This document shows positions 59,410 through 64,000 of a stretch of DNA of 64,000 nucleotides, piece by piece. The stretch comes from Escherichia coli. Lineage in GTDB: Bacteria > Pseudomonadota > Gammaproteobacteria > Enterobacterales > Enterobacteriaceae. The stretch lies in NCBI RefSeq assembly GCF_024502345.1, contig NZ_JALDNN010000001.1. One strand, 5' to 3'. A program made the position numbers and the translations under genes. The stretch's first letter is position 1, and each line of letters opens with the position of its first letter. A model generated the notes under the pieces. That model did no database searches. It saw nothing but the letters and a program-made list of their open reading frames with translations, and was not told the DNA's origin.

Positions 59410-59834
59410 GTGAAGCGTTATCGCTTTTCTCGTTGTTTGCCAGTAGTTTTCTCAGCGCTACACTATTACCCGGCAACTCCGAAGTCGTGCTGGTGGCAAT
59501 GTTGCTTTCCGGGATCAGTCATCCCTGGGTTTTAGTTTTAACAGCAACAATGGGTAATAGCCTTGGAGGGTTAACTAACGTTATCCTTGGGCGTTTCTTT
59601 CCATTGCGTAAAACATCGCGCTGGCAAGAGAAAGCTACCGGCTGGCTGAAACGCTATGGTGCAGTCACGCTATTATTAAGCTGGATGCCCGTGGTTGGCG
59701 ATTTACTGTGTCTGTTAGCGGGATGGATGCGCATCTCCTGGGGGCCGGTAATCTTTTTTTTGTGCCTTGGTAAAGCGTTACGCTATGTTGCAGTTGCAGC
59801 AGCGACCGTTCAGGGCATGATGTGGTGGCACTAA
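59406..59834 (+). CDS. yqaA: DedA/SNARE-associated inner membrane protein YqaA
   Basis: 142-aa membrane protein; overlaps yqaB stop. Confidence 0.9.
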   Translation: MSEALSLFSLFASSFLSATLLPGNSEVVLVAMLLSGISHPWVLVLTATMGNSLGGLTNVILGRFFPLRKTSRWQEKATGWLKRYGAVTLLLSWMPVVGDLLCLLAGWMRISWGPVIFFLCLGKALRYVAVAAATVQGMMWWH

Positions 59835-59879
59835 TTGTAGGCCTGCACATATGGTCACCATTACAGTTATGCTAATTAA

Positions 59880-61463
<1,584 letters not shown>

Positions 61464-61470
61464 CAGAAAA

Positions 61471-61543
61471 GAAAAAGGCCACTCGTGAGTGGCCAAAATT
61501 TCATCTCTGAATTCAGGGATGATGATAACAAATGCGCGTCTTT
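61471..61543 (-). ncRNA. micA: small RNA MicA (SraD)
   Basis: Minus strand reads GAAAGACGCGCATTTGTTATCATCATCCCTGAATTCAGAGATGAAATTTTGGCCACTCACGAGTGGCCTTTTT. Confidence 0.9.
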
Positions 61544-61612
61544 CATATACTCAGACTCGCCTGGGAAGAAAGAGTTCAGAAAATTTTTAAAAAAATTACC
61601 GGAGGTGGCTAA

Positions 61613-62128
61613 ATGCCGTTGTTAGATAGCTTCACAGTCGATCATACCCGGATGGAAGCGCCTGCAGTTCGGGTGGCGAAAACAATGAACACCCCGCATG
61701 GCGACGCAATCACCGTGTTCGATCTGCGCTTCTGCGTGCCGAACAAAGAAGTGATGCCAGAAAGAGGGATCCATACCCTGGAGCACCTGTTTGCTGGTTT
61801 TATGCGTAACCATCTTAACGGTAATGGTGTAGAGATTATCGATATCTCGCCAATGGGCTGCCGCACCGGTTTTTATATGAGTCTGATTGGTACGCCAGAT
61901 GAGCAGCGTGTTGCTGATGCCTGGAAAGCGGCAATGGAAGACGTGCTGAAAGTGCAGGATCAGAATCAGATCCCGGAACTGAACGTCTACCAGTGTGGCA
62001 CTTACCAGATGCACTCGTTGCAGGAAGCACAGGATATTGCGCGTAGCATTCTGGAACGTGACGTGCGCATCAACAGCAACGAAGAACTGGCGCTGCCGAA
62101 AGAGAAGTTGCAGGAACTGCACATTTAG
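61613..62128 (+). CDS. luxS: S-ribosylhomocysteine lyase LuxS
   Basis: 171 aa [14 protein letters not shown]... with HTLEH metal-binding motif. Confidence 0.97.
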
Positions 62129-62154
62129 TCAGTAAACTATCTTCACAATTAATT

Positions 62155-62181
62155 GAAAAAAGCCAGTTCAAATGAACTGGC
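62155..62181 (-). terminator. rho-independent terminator after emrB (hairpin shared with the luxS 3' end)
   Basis: GCCAGTTCA-aa-TGAACTGGC stem-loop followed on the minus strand by TTTTTTC. Confidence 0.7.
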
Positions 62182-62191
62182 TTAGTTGTAC

Positions 62192-63730
62192 TTAGTGCGC
62201 ACCGCCTCCGCCGCCACCTGCGCCAAAGGGCGGTTTAGCAAACCACACCAGCCCCAGCAAGACGAGGAATATCCCGGCTGACATCCAGAAGATCTCATTT
62301 GCGGAAATAATCAGCCCCTGATTGGTGATCTGTTGGGCAATCCAGCCTGATGCCTGCTGTTGTGTCATCCCAAGCCCTTCCAGTTGACTGTACATCGCCT
62401 GGGCGTTTGGGTTAAACGGGTTTACCGACTCGGTTAACTGCGCATGGTGCATCGACTCGCGGTTGGTCCACATGGTCGTGGTTATCGACGTGCCGATAGA
62501 CCCCGCCAGCGTACGCGTAAAGTTGGAGAGGCTCGATGCCGCCGCCAGTCGTTCCGGTGGCAAACCAGACAGCGTAATGGTGGTCAGCGGCATAAAGAAG
62601 CAGGCCACCGCAAACCCCTGGATAAACTGCGGCCAGGCCGACGCGCCAAAATCCATGCCCGGTTCAAAGGTATAGGCACGCCAGTAGAAGCAGACGGCAT
62701 ACATAATAAAGCTGAAGGTTACCAGCCGCCGCATATCCAGTTTATGCGCGAAGCGGCCGATAATCGGCGACAGTATCACTGGAATAATCCCTACCGGCGC
62801 AGAGGCCAAACCTGCCCAGGTCGCCGTGTAACCGTAGACCTCCTGCAACAACTGCGGCAGCAGAACAATCGCGCCGAAGTAGAGCATATACGCGAGGCTG
62901 ATACACAAACAGCCGATGGTGAAGTTGCGCGACTTAAACAACGACAGATCGACTATCGGGTTATCGTCGGTCAGCTCCCAGACAATCAGGAAGCAGATAG
63001 CCACCACCGCCACCACGGTAAGGATGATAATTTCCTGTGATGAAAACCAGTCCAGCTCTTTACCGCGGTCGAGCATAATCTGCAGGCTGCCGATACCAAT
63101 AACCAGCAGTGCCAGCCCCACGGCATCAATCCGCCGCCGTTCGGTGCGGGTTTCACGTCCGCGCAGGGTTTGCAGGGTCATCAACACCACCGCCACGCCA
63201 ATCGGCACGTTGATGAAGAATATCCAGCCCCAGTGGTAATTATCGCTGATATACCCGCCGAGGATTGGGCCGCAAATTGGCGCGACAATCACCGTCATCG
63301 ACCACAACGCCAGCGCGATTGAGCGTTTGGCTGGCGGGTAATTATTCAGCAATAGACTTTGCGAAAGCGGGATCAACGGCCCGGCGACAATCCCCTGAAT
63401 CACGCGGAAGAAGATCAGCATATTCAGGCTGCTGGAGACACCACACGCCCACGACGCAATAGCAAAGGCGATGGTTGACCAGAGGAACAGTTTCACTTCC
63501 CCGACGCGCTTTGCCAGCCAGCCGGTAAGCGGGATCGAGATGGCATTCGCCACCCCGAAAGAAGTGATTACCCACGTTCCCTGGCTGAGCGATGAGCCCA
63601 GATTCCCGGCGATAGTGGGGATCGCCACGTTAGCAATGGTGGAGTCCAGCACCTGCATGAATGTCGCTAGTGACAGCGCAATCGTCATAATGACCAGTTG
63701 CGCGCCTTCCAGCGGTTTTTGCTGTTGCAT
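62192..63730 (-). CDS. emrB: multidrug efflux MFS transporter EmrB
   Basis: Starts MQQQKPLEGAQLVIMTIALSLATFMQ...; 14-TMS MFS; track ORF has 3 extra upstream codons. Confidence 0.95.
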   Translation of the reverse strand: MQQQKPLEGAQLVIMTIALSLATFMQVLDSTIANVAIPTIAGNLGSSLSQGTWVITSFGVANAISIPLTGWLAKRVGEVKLFLWSTIAFAIASWACGVSSSLNMLIFFRVIQGIVAGPLIPLSQSLLLNNYPPAKRSIALALWSMTVIVAPICGPILGGYISDNYHWGWIFFINVPIGVAVVLMTLQTLRGRETRTERRRIDAVGLALLVIGIGSLQIMLDRGKELDWFSSQEIIILTVVAVVAICFLIVWELTDDNPIVDLSLFKSRNFTIGCLCISLAYMLYFGAIVLLPQLLQEVYGYTATWAGLASAPVGIIPVILSPIIGRFAHKLDMRRLVTFSFIMYAVCFYWRAYTFEPGMDFGASAWPQFIQGFAVACFFMPLTTITLSGLPPERLAAASSLSNFTRTLAGSIGTSITTTMWTNRESMHHAQLTESVNPFNPNAQAMYSQLEGLGMTQQQASGWIAQQITNQGLIISANEIFWMSAGIFLVLLGLVWFAKPPFGAGGGGGGAH

Positions 63731-63746
63731 CACACGCACCTCTGGA

Positions 63747-64000
63747 TTAGCCAGCGTTAGCTTTTACGATATCGTCGATCAGTTTATTGACAGGTGCCAG
63801 GCTGATTTCACGCGCGGTACTTACCGCAACCGGTGTGGAACGTACTTTATTTGCCAGTACCTGACCGTCACGGTTAGTGGTATTGACGCTCACCAGCGTG
63901 GACAAACCGATACGCAGCGGATATTGCTCCAGCTGTTTCTGGTCCAGTTCGATACGCACAGGCAGACGCTGAACGACTTTGATCCAGTTACCGGTCGCAT
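63747..64000 (-). CDS. emrA: multidrug efflux membrane-fusion protein EmrA, C-terminal part (5' end beyond window)
   Basis: Protein ends ...LAPVNKLIDDIVKANAG; the reading frame continues past position 64000. Confidence 0.9.
   Translation of the reverse strand, partial: ATGNWIKVVQRLPVRIELDQKQLEQYPLRIGLSTLVSVNTTNRDGQVLANKVRSTPVAVSTAREISLAPVNKLIDDIVKANAG

Overview
The window has two parts. Positions ~19,000-64,000 are conserved Escherichia coli-type backbone. Gene content and order match the K-12 emrAB-luxS-micA-gshA-yqaAB-argQZYV/serV-csrA-alaS-recX-recA-pncC-mltB-srlAEBD-gutM-srlR-gutQ-norRVW-hypF-hydN-ascGFB-hycIHGFEDCBA-hypABCDE-fhlA-ygbA region, here in reverse orientation. Gene names are assigned from recognised protein sequences, not from a database search. 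Positions 1 to ~18,700 are compositionally mosaic, partly AT-rich accessory DNA with no phage structural genes. It contains: an IS5 copy with intact TTAG target duplication inserted into an ORF; a minus-strand operon (Ner-like regulator, unknown protein, lipoprotein, secreted protein); a CP4-type remnant (RadC-like JAB protein, CbtA-like toxin with a C-terminal extension); a tyrosine recombinase and AlpA-family regulator flanking an operator-like inverted-repeat cluster; two large uncharacterised ORFs; and a tightly coupled four-gene operon hsdM-hsdS-ABC ATPase-HNH nuclease, followed by a Fic-domain gene. The strongest candidate for a new system is that operon: a Type I methyltransferase/specificity pair with no HsdR anywhere in the window, fused in an operon to a Septu-like (PtuA/PtuB-type) ATPase/HNH pair, with an unusual ~120-aa tail on HsdS. 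Backbone regulatory elements recognisable by eye include the recA LexA box, sigma54 promoters for hyc, hyp and norV, three NorR sites, AscG operators, REP/BIME arrays, and the tRNA-Arg repeat array.
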